A stretch of 53,653 nucleotides of DNA. Origin: an uncultured virus (IMG/VR IMGVR_UViG_2806310702_000001) (Duplodnaviria > Heunggongvirae > Uroviricota > Caudoviricetes). Every line of letters starts with the position of its first letter. Positions within the stretch are counted from its first letter, which is position 1. The translations under genes were made by a program, and so were the position numbers. The notes under the pieces were generated by a model. That model was given only the letters and a program-made list of their open reading frames with translations, was not told where the DNA came from and did no database searches. Of this stretch, positions 20,180 through 29,432 are shown in pieces. The stretch is taken from IMG/VR virus record IMGVR_UViG_2806310702_000001; one strand, written 5' to 3'.

Positions 20180-21967
20180 TTAAATGTAATATACTAATGG
20201 GTCATCGTCCTCTTCGTCTTCATCATATAATTCTTTTTCTAACAGTCTACCTAAATAATTAGCAAATGCTATGCTAGAGTATCTATCTTTTCTTTTCCCG
20301 CTTTTTTCTTTTACTTTTATATATCCTCCAACTATATCAAATTCCAAATTAACTAATTCGTTTAGTAATGCTGTTGTTTGTAAAAATGGAGTTAGTATTT
20401 TAGACTTTTCTTCTGGTGGCAATTTTTCATACTCTTTTTTTTCACTTAACATATCTTTTGCTTCTAATTCATTAATAAGTAACTCTATATTTCCTTGTTG
20501 TAAATCGGTTCTTAGCGCAGTTGCTAATTCATGATTTAACCTTTGTCCTGCTTTAATACTAAATACAACTGGTAATGGATTAGGGGATAAAGCTCTTTTT
20601 TTCATTTCTTCATCATTGTAAGAACACCAAGCGTCATATTCTATATCTCGTTCTTCATCATATAATACTTTAACACATTCATCGTATATAGCCATACCAT
20701 TACCATGACAGTCAATAGCAACATACGAAGCTTGAAAATCGTTAAACAATTGTTTTAGTCGTATAGCTTGATTTTGAGAATGTTGTCCTTCCATGGTTTC
20801 TATGTATGGTATTTTTCTAATATACCTATCTCCACTAGGAATTAATCTCATACAAGTAAACACAGTAGCGTCGTTTTCTGTCCCTCCCATTAAAGCACAG
20901 TCAACACCTATTATTCTTATTTCTCCACTTTTTAAACCTTCTTTTTTTTGTTTTTTCTTATTTGAACTGTAATCGAAATTATTAACAGGATAAAATGCTT
21001 TTTTTAGTATTCTATTTTTTTGTATGTCGTCTAATTTAAATAATGCATTTTCATTTTGACCATACATAACATTTTCATATTCCATTAAAAATAGTATTGA
21101 GTCAAAATCAGATTTCATCTTTTCTTTCTCTATTCTTTTTTTACTCAAAAGTCCATGATGTATAGCTAATAAATAATCCAAAGCCATAAAACAAGCGTCT
21201 TTGCCTTTTAGCATTAAATCTCGCGTAGATTGCATAGCTCCCCACATCCAATGACTTCCTTTATACCAAGCCGAAGATATATAAATCTCAACATTTTCTT
21301 CCGTTAAGTGTTTGTATTCTTCTTTCTTTAAATAAGGAGGTTGTCTAAATACGTTTAGCATTGGTAAAAGAACTGACTCTAGTATTTTCTTATCTATCAT
21401 TCTGAATTCTTCTAAAATAATACAGTTTCCTCTATATCCTCTAGCGTTTTGAGTTGATGGTACTGCCGTTATAGTACTACCATTTTGAAACACCACTGTT
21501 GCTTCGTTAGAACTAGATTTTATCTGTTTGATCTCTCTTGCTAAATTAGGATATTGCATTAACTCTTTTTCGATTTTTTCGGTTATAATTAATTTTGCTT
21601 GCCCCTTCGTGCCTGACGCTAAAATTATTTTTGAGTTTGGATACAGTACAGATCTTGCACAACAATAAATCGCAATGGTAAAAGATTTTGATATACCTCT
21701 TGAAGCGACCAACATAAATACAGTATTTATATGCATTAAGTATAATATTATTTTTTGAAATAGATGTAACTCTATTTGAAAATATGACTCTACAAATCTA
21801 TGCATATTTAATCTGTAAAAAGTAGTCCACAATTTAATTTTATATCTCATTTTTTCGTTTTTACTCATATTCTCTACAGTGTTATTTACCTTAGCATTTT
21901 TTTTAAATATATCTTTAGTTTGACTATATTTTTGATTATCTACTTTGTAATTTGTATAAGAAGCCAT
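20180..21967 (-). CDS. Terminase large subunit
   Basis: Walker A ASRGISKS, Walker B IILEEFR, YISSA, nuclease IIGVDCA and KDRYSS. Confidence 0.92.
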   Translation of the reverse strand: MASYTNYKVDNQKYSQTKDIFKKNAKVNNTVENMSKNEKMRYKIKLWTTFYRLNMHRFVESYFQIELHLFQKIILYLMHINTVFMLVASRGISKSFTIAIYCCARSVLYPNSKIILASGTKGQAKLIITEKIEKELMQYPNLAREIKQIKSSSNEATVVFQNGSTITAVPSTQNARGYRGNCIILEEFRMIDKKILESVLLPMLNVFRQPPYLKKEEYKHLTEENVEIYISSAWYKGSHWMWGAMQSTRDLMLKGKDACFMALDYLLAIHHGLLSKKRIEKEKMKSDFDSILFLMEYENVMYGQNENALFKLDDIQKNRILKKAFYPVNNFDYSSNKKKQKKEGLKSGEIRIIGVDCALMGGTENDATVFTCMRLIPSGDRYIRKIPYIETMEGQHSQNQAIRLKQLFNDFQASYVAIDCHGNGMAIYDECVKVLYDEERDIEYDAWCSYNDEEMKKRALSPNPLPVVFSIKAGQRLNHELATALRTDLQQGNIELLINELEAKDMLSEKKEYEKLPPEEKSKILTPFLQTTALLNELVNLEFDIVGGYIKVKEKSGKRKDRYSSIAFANYLGRLLEKELYDEDEEDDDPLVYYI

Positions 21968-22845
21968 TATTCACTTTTCTCCAAACCAAATATCTTTTTA
22001 AATGGCCTAACAATCCATTGAGAAAAATATTTACCTACACTATCGAAATCAGCAAACAATGGTTTCTTGTCGAAAATTTCACACGGCTCATCATTTTCAA
22101 TCATTTTAATCCATAGCCCATAAGTAGACAATCCTTTATCATCATTAGCACCTGTACTTTGTATAGGTTTTATATTACCATCATTATGTAATTTTGATGA
22201 CGTTTCCATAAGTTTATTAAAATTAGTTATGTTTCCCGTCATAAATTCTTTTTCTGCTTGTAAATGAACTCTTGCAATATTTTTATATAGATTCTTCTGA
22301 ACAGGAGTATCTGTAGCATAGGATTTGGTATATTCAGAGTAGAAATTATCCAAATATTTATAATCATCCGTAGTAAATCCTTTACCCCATCTTTGTTCCC
22401 ATTGACTGATATTTTCTACATTATTGTGTTTATTGTTGTTTATTGCTTGTATTTGAGTATTTTTAATAATTTCATTATCATATAAATCCGTATAATTAGT
22501 ATCTTTCCAAGTTAAATCTTTATATTGAGGTAAGGACGACATTTGTTTTATATACTCACCCCAAGTATCTTTATCTGAATTTAGACATTCTTCCCATTTT
22601 TCTTTGATAAAAGGTTTATTCAATACATGCAATATAAAAAATATAGACTCCATATCATCGTATTTAACAATATCTTTCATACACTTCTTACCTATTGCGA
22701 TTCTATTATTTATATATGGACTTATATTTTGATAAAAATTATTGGTATTATACATTCTTTCCTTACCACAACATAGACAAATTTTATGATCACTTTTATC
22801 TTTCTTTTTTAAGTTGGTTTTTGTTTGGGACTTTTTAGCTACCAT
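21967..22845 (-). CDS. Putative terminase small subunit
   Basis: Translationally coupled to the large subunit; N-terminal CLCC. Confidence 0.5.
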   Translation of the reverse strand: MVAKKSQTKTNLKKKDKSDHKICLCCGKERMYNTNNFYQNISPYINNRIAIGKKCMKDIVKYDDMESIFFILHVLNKPFIKEKWEECLNSDKDTWGEYIKQMSSLPQYKDLTWKDTNYTDLYDNEIIKNTQIQAINNNKHNNVENISQWEQRWGKGFTTDDYKYLDNFYSEYTKSYATDTPVQKNLYKNIARVHLQAEKEFMTGNITNFNKLMETSSKLHNDGNIKPIQSTGANDDKGLSTYGLWIKMIENDEPCEIFDKKPLFADFDSVGKYFSQWIVRPFKKIFGLEKSE

Positions 22846-23064
22846 TATTCACTCACTTCCTTTTACTCCTTTCTAAATTTTCACATAATAAAAAAGAAGC
22901 TATATTTAAATAGCTTCTTAATTCTTCAATTTCCCTATGGGATTTTACATCTTATAATTATCCTATGGATATTATATAAATATAATTACAATTAGACGTA
23001 CCTATTTAGATACGCCTTATCTAACTATATTTATATAATATTTTTTAATTCTATTTTAATTTAT

Positions 23065-23796
23065 TTATATGTAATATTTCTTTAATAATTTTCTTATATA
23101 ATCTAGTCCTTTTTGATAAACTACTGTTTTAACATTTATTTTAATTTCACCGTTAGGTTTCTCAAATTTATTCTCAATAGTTCTAAAGTATTTACCGTCT
23201 ACAAATCTTTGATAAGGTACATTGTTACTCATCAACACATCATGCTCTCTAAGAAATTTGAATAAATTGTTCCTGCCTATGCCCATATTTAAAACTTTTG
23301 CACATTCACCCATATCTATTGTATCTTCACTTTTAGTTACAGCATCATAGAATTCAGCTTTAGGTAGCATAATATAGTTTTCTTCTTTTAATTTTTCATT
23401 TTCTTCAGCCTTATCAGCCAATTCTCTTAAAGCTTCTGCATAAGTTTGTGGCAATTTATATGTAGTTATTTGTCTTAAACTTTCTTCCATCTTATTAAAA
23501 GCATCAACATAAGTTGCAGTGAATAATACACCTTTTTTACCTATCATTTTATTAGCTATCATTTCACAACCTTTTTTAGTTACTAAATAACATTTTCTTT
23601 CTTCGTTTTTTGAATCTTTATACGTAGTTTCAATAAAATATTCTACCAATCCAAAGTTGGCTTCGTTAAGATATTTGCAATAATTTCTTATATCTCTTAA
23701 TAATTTGCTATGTTCTTTACTTACCATCTTTGCAACTTCTCTACTATCTGTTAATAACTTTCCATTTTGATTTATTACTTTTAATTCATTTACCAT
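23065..23796 (-). CDS. Rha plus KilA-C antirepressor
   Basis: DSREVAKMV..EHSKLLRDI...TKKGCEMIANK; LPQTYAEALRELAD; GRNNLFKFLRE. Confidence 0.9.
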   Translation of the reverse strand: MVNELKVINQNGKLLTDSREVAKMVSKEHSKLLRDIRNYCKYLNEANFGLVEYFIETTYKDSKNEERKCYLVTKKGCEMIANKMIGKKGVLFTATYVDAFNKMEESLRQITTYKLPQTYAEALRELADKAEENEKLKEENYIMLPKAEFYDAVTKSEDTIDMGECAKVLNMGIGRNNLFKFLREHDVLMSNNVPYQRFVDGKYFRTIENKFEKPNGEIKINVKTVVYQKGLDYIRKLLKKYYI

Positions 23797-23890
23797 TTTA
23801 TCGACCTCTTTCTTTTATTTTTTTAGTAATATATAATCTCTTATATATTCCAATTGACATTCGACTTGATATAATTAGGTATACAAAAAT

Positions 23891-23914
23891 AGGACTAGAA
23901 TTTAATCTAGTCCC
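23891..23914 (-). terminator. Intrinsic terminator inside the rha leader
   Basis: GGACTAGA/TCTAGTCC stem followed by ATTTTT on the minus strand. Confidence 0.7.
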
Positions 23915-24198
23915 TTTAGAAAATATATTACCAAAATTATAAAATAGGGTGGTCGAATACCCATTGCAATATACAAATAAAGTAGGAATAATATTTTCAT
24001 TAATCCTACTTTTTATTTTTTAATTCATTTGTAGATAAAATTTAGTTTTTATTTATATACTCACTGATATTAGCAATCTACAATAGTTACCAACTAATGT
24101 AAATTGCTAACACTATTAATATATAAATAAAATTTAGGGGTATACGAAAACTATATATAAACTTAATTTAATAAGCTTATAATCAATATTTAAATTTT

Positions 24199-24786
24199 TT
24201 AATCTACTTTTACTTTAATATTAAATAATTCTCCAATTGCTTTTACAGTATCTTTGACACCTTGTTGATATATTTGATCTAATACTTCATCTTTTTCATC
24301 TTCACAACATTCATCACAACATTTACAACATTCACAATGTTCTTTATCAGAATTGTACACATAATTTTCTTCTAATGATTTAAGATTTTCTAAATCCTCA
24401 TCATCTTTATTATCAAAGCTCTTAATTATTATTACATTTTCGCTTTCATTGCACTTATCTACAATATCTTCGCCATATTCATGCAATATAGACTCTTGAA
24501 TAAGTACATTGTCAGCTACATATTCATCATACAAGTTTCCGTCTTTATTTGTTAAAAATTCGATAATAAAATCATTATCACCATATTTAAAAACGCTATA
24601 ATAAGGATACTCACAATCTAATTCTACGCTGAAATAATACTCGAAATCATCTTTACTATACTCCGAATACTTTAATATTTCCCACGCAGTTTTATAATCA
24701 CACAGGAACATTACTTCCTTATCAGTATTAAAATAATTTTCCATTATATAATCTAAATTATATTCTTTAACATTTAACTTTTTCAT
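24199..24786 (-). CDS. Acidic hypothetical protein with Cys-rich cluster
   Basis: D/E-rich; HCECCKCCDECC. Confidence 0.65.
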   Translation of the reverse strand: MKKLNVKEYNLDYIMENYFNTDKEVMFLCDYKTAWEILKYSEYSKDDFEYYFSVELDCEYPYYSVFKYGDNDFIIEFLTNKDGNLYDEYVADNVLIQESILHEYGEDIVDKCNESENVIIIKSFDNKDDEDLENLKSLEENYVYNSDKEHCECCKCCDECCEDEKDEVLDQIYQQGVKDTVKAIGELFNIKVKVD

Positions 24787-25003
24787 TTAATCAATTCCTT
24801 TCTATTAATCATTTTAATCTATTATCCACTTTATTTAATTCTAATTTCTAGCAAAAATAGCAACCACAATATATGTAGTTGCTTAATTTAAGTTGTTTTA
24901 TTTTTCACCTAACTTACGTCCTTTCTACGGTATTTGTTATATATGTATAGTCTAATAGTTAGACTTATAACCTTTTATTATATGTATATGATTTAATTTC
25001 ATT

Positions 25004-25207
25004 TTATTTACTTGATTTGAAAAACGATGCAATAATACTTAATACTACTGTTACTGCTAGAGCTATTGGAAAATTTATAACTTTAATTGCAAAATAGATA
25101 GCTATAAAGTTCCATAATAACTTTATTAGCCAAGCTGTAAGGCAATATCCACAAGATATAGCTATTATCACTCCAACTACAAAAAGCATTTTTTTCAATT
25201 TAATCAT
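25004..25207 (-). CDS. Small membrane protein
   Basis: Two hydrophobic helices; overlaps the upstream stop. Confidence 0.6.
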   Translation of the reverse strand: MIKLKKMLFVVGVIIAISCGYCLTAWLIKLLWNFIAIYFAIKVINFPIALAVTVVLSIIASFFKSSK

Positions 25208-26244
25208 CCTTTCATTACAATATTAATGTATAATCTTCTTTTTTTATCATTCTCTTTTAATTCTTCTAAGTAATATGTTTTTATATTATTATAGTTTACT
25301 TTTTCATCATTATTGTATCTTATGATAGTATAGCAATAATCTTGCTTAGTATAATTTAACTTACCACAATCAGCATATTTCATAGGGTTGCACATACAGC
25401 CATTTTCTACAGCAAATATACCTTGTCTACGTGATACTATCATCTGACTTTGCTTATGAGTATGTCCAAATACTGCAACATCAAATTTTTCTTGTTTATT
25501 TAAGAAATGTGCAACTACTGACTCACATAATCTACCATCAATCTGTGAGAATCCTTTTGGATGGCATACTATTAATTTTTCGTCTAAATTTACATACCAA
25601 TGAGGAATATAAGTTATTTCTTCAATTCCTTCATAAGTTACTTTTTTATCATCTTCATAGATTGTAAATCCATCTACTAACATACTTAAAATATTAGGAT
25701 TTAAAAACTTTTGTAGATCCTTCTTTTGCATATTACAAACTTCCTTATATAATCTTTCTTCATGATTTCCATTAAATAATACTATCTTTTGTCCATTATT
25801 TAATATTCTTCTTACTTTCTTCAAGAAATTATATGCATAAATTAATTCTTGTACCAATGACATTCTTTGTACTTCAGGGAAACTTGATATAGCTTCACAA
25901 TCCATTAAATCTCATGCTATAACTAGGGTATCAATCTCATGCGAATGTTTTTGTATTATTTCTAATACATCTTTTCTCTCATATGGTACATGGAGGTCAT
26001 TTATAATCATTACATTTTTATCATATTTCTTATTTAATTCTATTAAGGTATCTTGTCTACCTAAGTTATAATCAAAACTACGACATCTTCTAGTAGATTC
26101 ACCTAGATTCTTACCTTCTGTTTCATTCATTAACTTCCATATTTTCTTATTATTTAATCCATATGCAACTTTGTTTCTATATAATCTAGCTTCATACTGT
26201 CTGATAGTTTCATTATCTTGTTTTTTAATTTTATTATCTAACAT
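25204..26244 (-). pseudogene. Calcineurin-like metallophosphoesterase interrupted by an in-frame TGA
   Basis: DLH, IA*DLMD (TGA 25912-25914 at the G of the GD motif), GNHE, GHTH. Confidence 0.8.
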
Positions 26245-27071
26245 TAATAAACTAATTCCTTTCTATTTAATTTATTTTCATATTTTTTTATAATGTCTGA
26301 AATATCTACATCATTATCTCTACATAATGCTACTATTGTACTTACTGCATTGGAAAGTTCTTCATCATGCAACATTTTTAAAGTTCTTGGCTTAGTCTTT
26401 TTACCTGTTGAGTTCATAAAATTTGTGATTCTAGCATTTATATTTATGCTATGTTTGTACAATATTTCTTTCTTGAACTTAGTCCATGCTTCACCAAAGT
26501 TACCTAATTTACTTCCGTAAGCTCTAACTAATGCGTTAATTAAGCTTCTATCAGCCCATTTTAAGTTCTCACCACTTAACAAATCATTTTCTTTATCTAA
26601 TATTTCATTATCATCTTTTAATTGTATTATTTGTTTTTGTTGATTTTCTATATTCTCAAATAAACTTTTAACAATAGTTTTATGTGTATCATCTAACGCA
26701 CCAAAATATGTATTAACCATTAAGTCTGCATTGGCTACATATCCACCTGTTTTACGAATAGTCTTTAATATCTTCTTAACTTCTTTCTTAAACTTTTTAG
26801 CAATTGGTTTTCTGCTTTGCATTAAGACTTCATACATACCATCCTCAGTTAAAAAATACATGTTCCTTATCTGACCACTATAATATATCGGTGAGGTTTG
26901 TTTTTCATCTTCATCAATTTTATTTAGCATTTGCCCCACTTTTGAAGTATCATAATCAATCATTTCAGCTATATCTTTTGCTAAGAATAATGGATTTTCT
27001 ATTGTTCCATAAATTCTAAAATCCTTATTAAACACTTTTCTTTCATCAATTACTTTTAACTCATTCTTCAT
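26244..27071 (-). CDS. BRO-N domain antirepressor-like protein
   Basis: FRIYGTIENPLFLAKDIA...FLTEDGMYEVLMQSRKPIAK. Confidence 0.88.
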   Translation of the reverse strand: MKNELKVIDERKVFNKDFRIYGTIENPLFLAKDIAEMIDYDTSKVGQMLNKIDEDEKQTSPIYYSGQIRNMYFLTEDGMYEVLMQSRKPIAKKFKKEVKKILKTIRKTGGYVANADLMVNTYFGALDDTHKTIVKSLFENIENQQKQIIQLKDDNEILDKENDLLSGENLKWADRSLINALVRAYGSKLGNFGEAWTKFKKEILYKHSININARITNFMNSTGKKTKPRTLKMLHDEELSNAVSTIVALCRDNDVDISDIIKKYENKLNRKELVY

Positions 27072-27307
27072 ATTATCATTCCTCCTAATATTTTTGATTT
27101 AAAATAATAAAAGAGTTAGCATTTCGCCAACTCTAAATTTCTTAATGGTGGGTAATTATCCCACAAATTAAGAGGATATGATTTCTGCATGTTTCACAAC
27201 ATTCATATTATCATCAATTAAATATCCATTAGGAACTTACCCTAATATTAATTAAATATTTAATTGTAACTATCAATATTAAATTTTATATGTATATTTT
27301 AATTTAT

Positions 27308-28012
27308 TTATGCTATATTATTTAAGTTATCATTTATTAATTGTAATCCTTGTTCAGTTATTCCAATATTCTTAAATCCACCATTATCATAAATCTTAAA
27401 GTATTTATCACCTTTGTTATTAACCTCTTTAATAGTTTTATGTATATAACCATTATTTTTTGCCCATCTTGTAATCTGCCCTTTTTTAAGATTAAATGAT
27501 TTGGTAGCATCTGTAATACTTGCTATTCCGTTTTTATCTAATCTTTTCTTAGCTAATGCAACAAGCGGTTCATCTTCTTCAATCTTTTTAATTAATAAAA
27601 CTTTTTCTTCTTGTTCCTTTATCCACGCCTTAGCTCTTTCAATAGGGTCTTGTATTAAATAACTATCAGTTTGATTTTGTTCCATCTGATTAAACTTTTC
27701 AACGTATTTAGCCGTGAATAAAATTCCCTTTTCACCTGTAAACTTATTAGCTATAAATTCACAACCCATTTTAGTAAATAAGTAGCATTTTCTTTCTTTA
27801 TTTTGTGTATCTTTATAAGTAGATTCTATGAAATATTTAGCCGGTGCAATTCCGTTCTCACCTAAAATTGGAATTATACCAATCATTCCTGCACTTTTAG
27901 AACCTTCTAATTTTCTAAGAATTAATTTATGTTCTACCCCTAACATTTTTGCCACTTCTCTACTATCAATTGTTAATTCTTTGTTGCTGTTTAAAACTGC
28001 TAACTTATTCAT
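27308..28012 (-). CDS. Rha family regulator/antirepressor
   Basis: TIDSREVAKML...CYLFTKMGCEFIANKFTGEKGILFTAKYV; DPIERAKAWIKE. Confidence 0.88.
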   Translation of the reverse strand: MNKLAVLNSNKELTIDSREVAKMLGVEHKLILRKLEGSKSAGMIGIIPILGENGIAPAKYFIESTYKDTQNKERKCYLFTKMGCEFIANKFTGEKGILFTAKYVEKFNQMEQNQTDSYLIQDPIERAKAWIKEQEEKVLLIKKIEEDEPLVALAKKRLDKNGIASITDATKSFNLKKGQITRWAKNNGYIHKTIKEVNNKGDKYFKIYDNGGFKNIGITEQGLQLINDNLNNIA

Positions 28013-28320
28013 AATTTATCAACCGTCCTTTTATAATATTATTTTATGGCGTATTTCAATTTTTATAAAGCAGTTACAAATACACAAAGTTATCAGCAAA
28101 ATATTAAATTTAGGAAGGTTGATATTGACGTATACATAGGTAGCTTGTCCTACATATACCACATCTATATGGAGTAGTCTTTTGATAAAGGTGTAACTAT
28201 CTCAAAAACACCTATCTACTATTTAGTAGATAATATATTCAATTTTATAAATACTAAAAGCCTACCAAATTAGTTGATAAACTTTATATTATTTATAAAA
28301 CATTTTAATTTAATTTTATT

Positions 28321-28354
28321 TAAAAGGGTGTGATATTTATTATTCCACCCTTTT
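28321..28354. terminator. Terminator closing the RNA cluster
   Basis: TAAAAGGGTG...CACCCTTTTA inverted repeat. Confidence 0.7.
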
Positions 28355-28379
28355 AATAATTTTGTATCATGCATTTTTT

Positions 28380-28885
28380 ATTCGAAATAAAATTCTAGTC
28401 AGACCCTTGGCTTATGCAGAACCTTAATAAATCTCCGAATACTCTCTCTGACAAAAAGTATTCTTCAAAGATAGTTAATACTATTAAAATTACTCACTAC
28501 TCCGAGAATATTCATAATCATTGTAGTTTTCATTTATATACTAATTTGCTTCACTTTTGTGCATATCACACTACTCATTACTACGGATTCATGACTTATT
28601 GCCATTCCTAATTAGCATTTATAAAAATGTTACAACATTAGTGAGGTTATTATTCACTCACCAATGTTGTAGTGGGGAGCGAATCACCCACCTTTATACA
28701 TTTGGCTCATATTTTGATTCTCCGCCACAGAGAATTTTTATTATTACCCCACACGTGAGTAATATAGTTGTTATTATATGATGGATTTGAAACAGTAGCC
28801 CACGTGTTCTTCCATTCCAATTACGGGTATCTACACCCCAAGCACACCGACCAATATGGTAGCATTTATAGCGTTAAGCTAACGG
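28380..28885 (-). ncRNA. Large structured ncRNA, ROOL-like; ends approximate
   Basis: About 500 nt with no credible ORF, raised GC, many hairpins, directly 3' of a tRNA; motifs resemble ROOL RNAs as I recall them. Confidence 0.65.
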
Positions 28886-28923
28886 TCATAATTTAATACC
28901 TAGTTTATACACTGATTAGGTAT

Positions 28924-28998
28924 TGGCATAGGTAGTAGGAATCGAACCTACATCAATAGTTTTGGAGACTATCATGTTAGCCATTACACCATACCTAC
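28924..28998 (-). tRNA. tRNA-Trp (CCA)
   Basis: Full cloverleaf GTAGGTA/TACCTAT, ATAGT-CTCCAAA-ACTAT, GTAGG-TTCGATT-CCTAC, encoded CCA end. Confidence 0.95.
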
Positions 28999-29018
28999 AT
29001 ATTATATTTAAGGGAGGG

Positions 29019-29109
29019 AGGATTGCATGAGATTCGAACTCACATCTCTGATTTTATCTAAGGGGGAGGTGTATATAAAATCAGTATTTTACCGTTAAAC
29101 TACCAATCC
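29019..29109 (-). ncRNA. tRNA-like RNA with extended anticodon arm and anti-SD loop
   Basis: GGATTG/CAATCC acceptor, D arm, GTGAG-TTCGAAT-CTCAT T arm; 10-bp stem CTGATTTTAT/ATAAAATCAG enclosing ATACACCTCCCCCTTAG. Confidence 0.8.
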
Positions 29110-29158
29110 ATATTTCCTATGAAATTAATCATAGGAATTTTTAATTATTTGTTACTCT

Positions 29159-29380
29159 TTATCCTTCTGGTATTTCTTCTGATTCTGTCTTTTCTTTAAA
29201 TGATAATACTCCATATTTTCCATTAAAATATTTGATTTCATCTAAATCAGTTAGTAATTTAAAGTCTGTGTCTTCCTCAGTTTGAAAATATATCTTACCA
29301 TCTTCAATTTTAAAGTCAACTTCAACTTGTCCAATTGTATTCTCAGTTCTTTTAAATTTAACTAATTTCTTTTCTGCCAT
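29159..29380 (-). CDS. Small acidic phage protein (possibly YonK-like)
   Basis: AAGGAG RBS; size and position after phoH as in SPbeta-like phages. Confidence 0.55.
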   Translation of the reverse strand: MAEKKLVKFKRTENTIGQVEVDFKIEDGKIYFQTEEDTDFKLLTDLDEIKYFNGKYGVLSFKEKTESEEIPEG

Positions 29381-29432
29381 TGTTATTTATCGCTCCTTTC
29401 TATTTTTGATAAATTAATCTTATTTATAATGC

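Noticed and set aside
23854..23875. TTGACA...TATAAT antisense promoter in the rha leader
   Set aside because: Only 10 bp separate the hexamers, too short for sigmaA
25912..25914. Genome-wide UGA recoding
   Set aside because: TGA serves as a normal stop elsewhere (e.g. 48951, 49597), the tRNA-Trp anticodon is CCA, and only one case is seen
28414..28781. Two + strand ORFs in the large intergenic block
   Set aside because: No RBS or protein motifs; the region is better explained as a structured RNA on the minus strand
29055..29080. tRNA intron, tmRNA or tRNA-Sec as explanation of the odd tRNA
   Set aside because: The insert is far too short for a group I intron or a tmRNA coding region, has no clear bulge-helix-bulge, and lies in the anticodon arm rather than the variable arm
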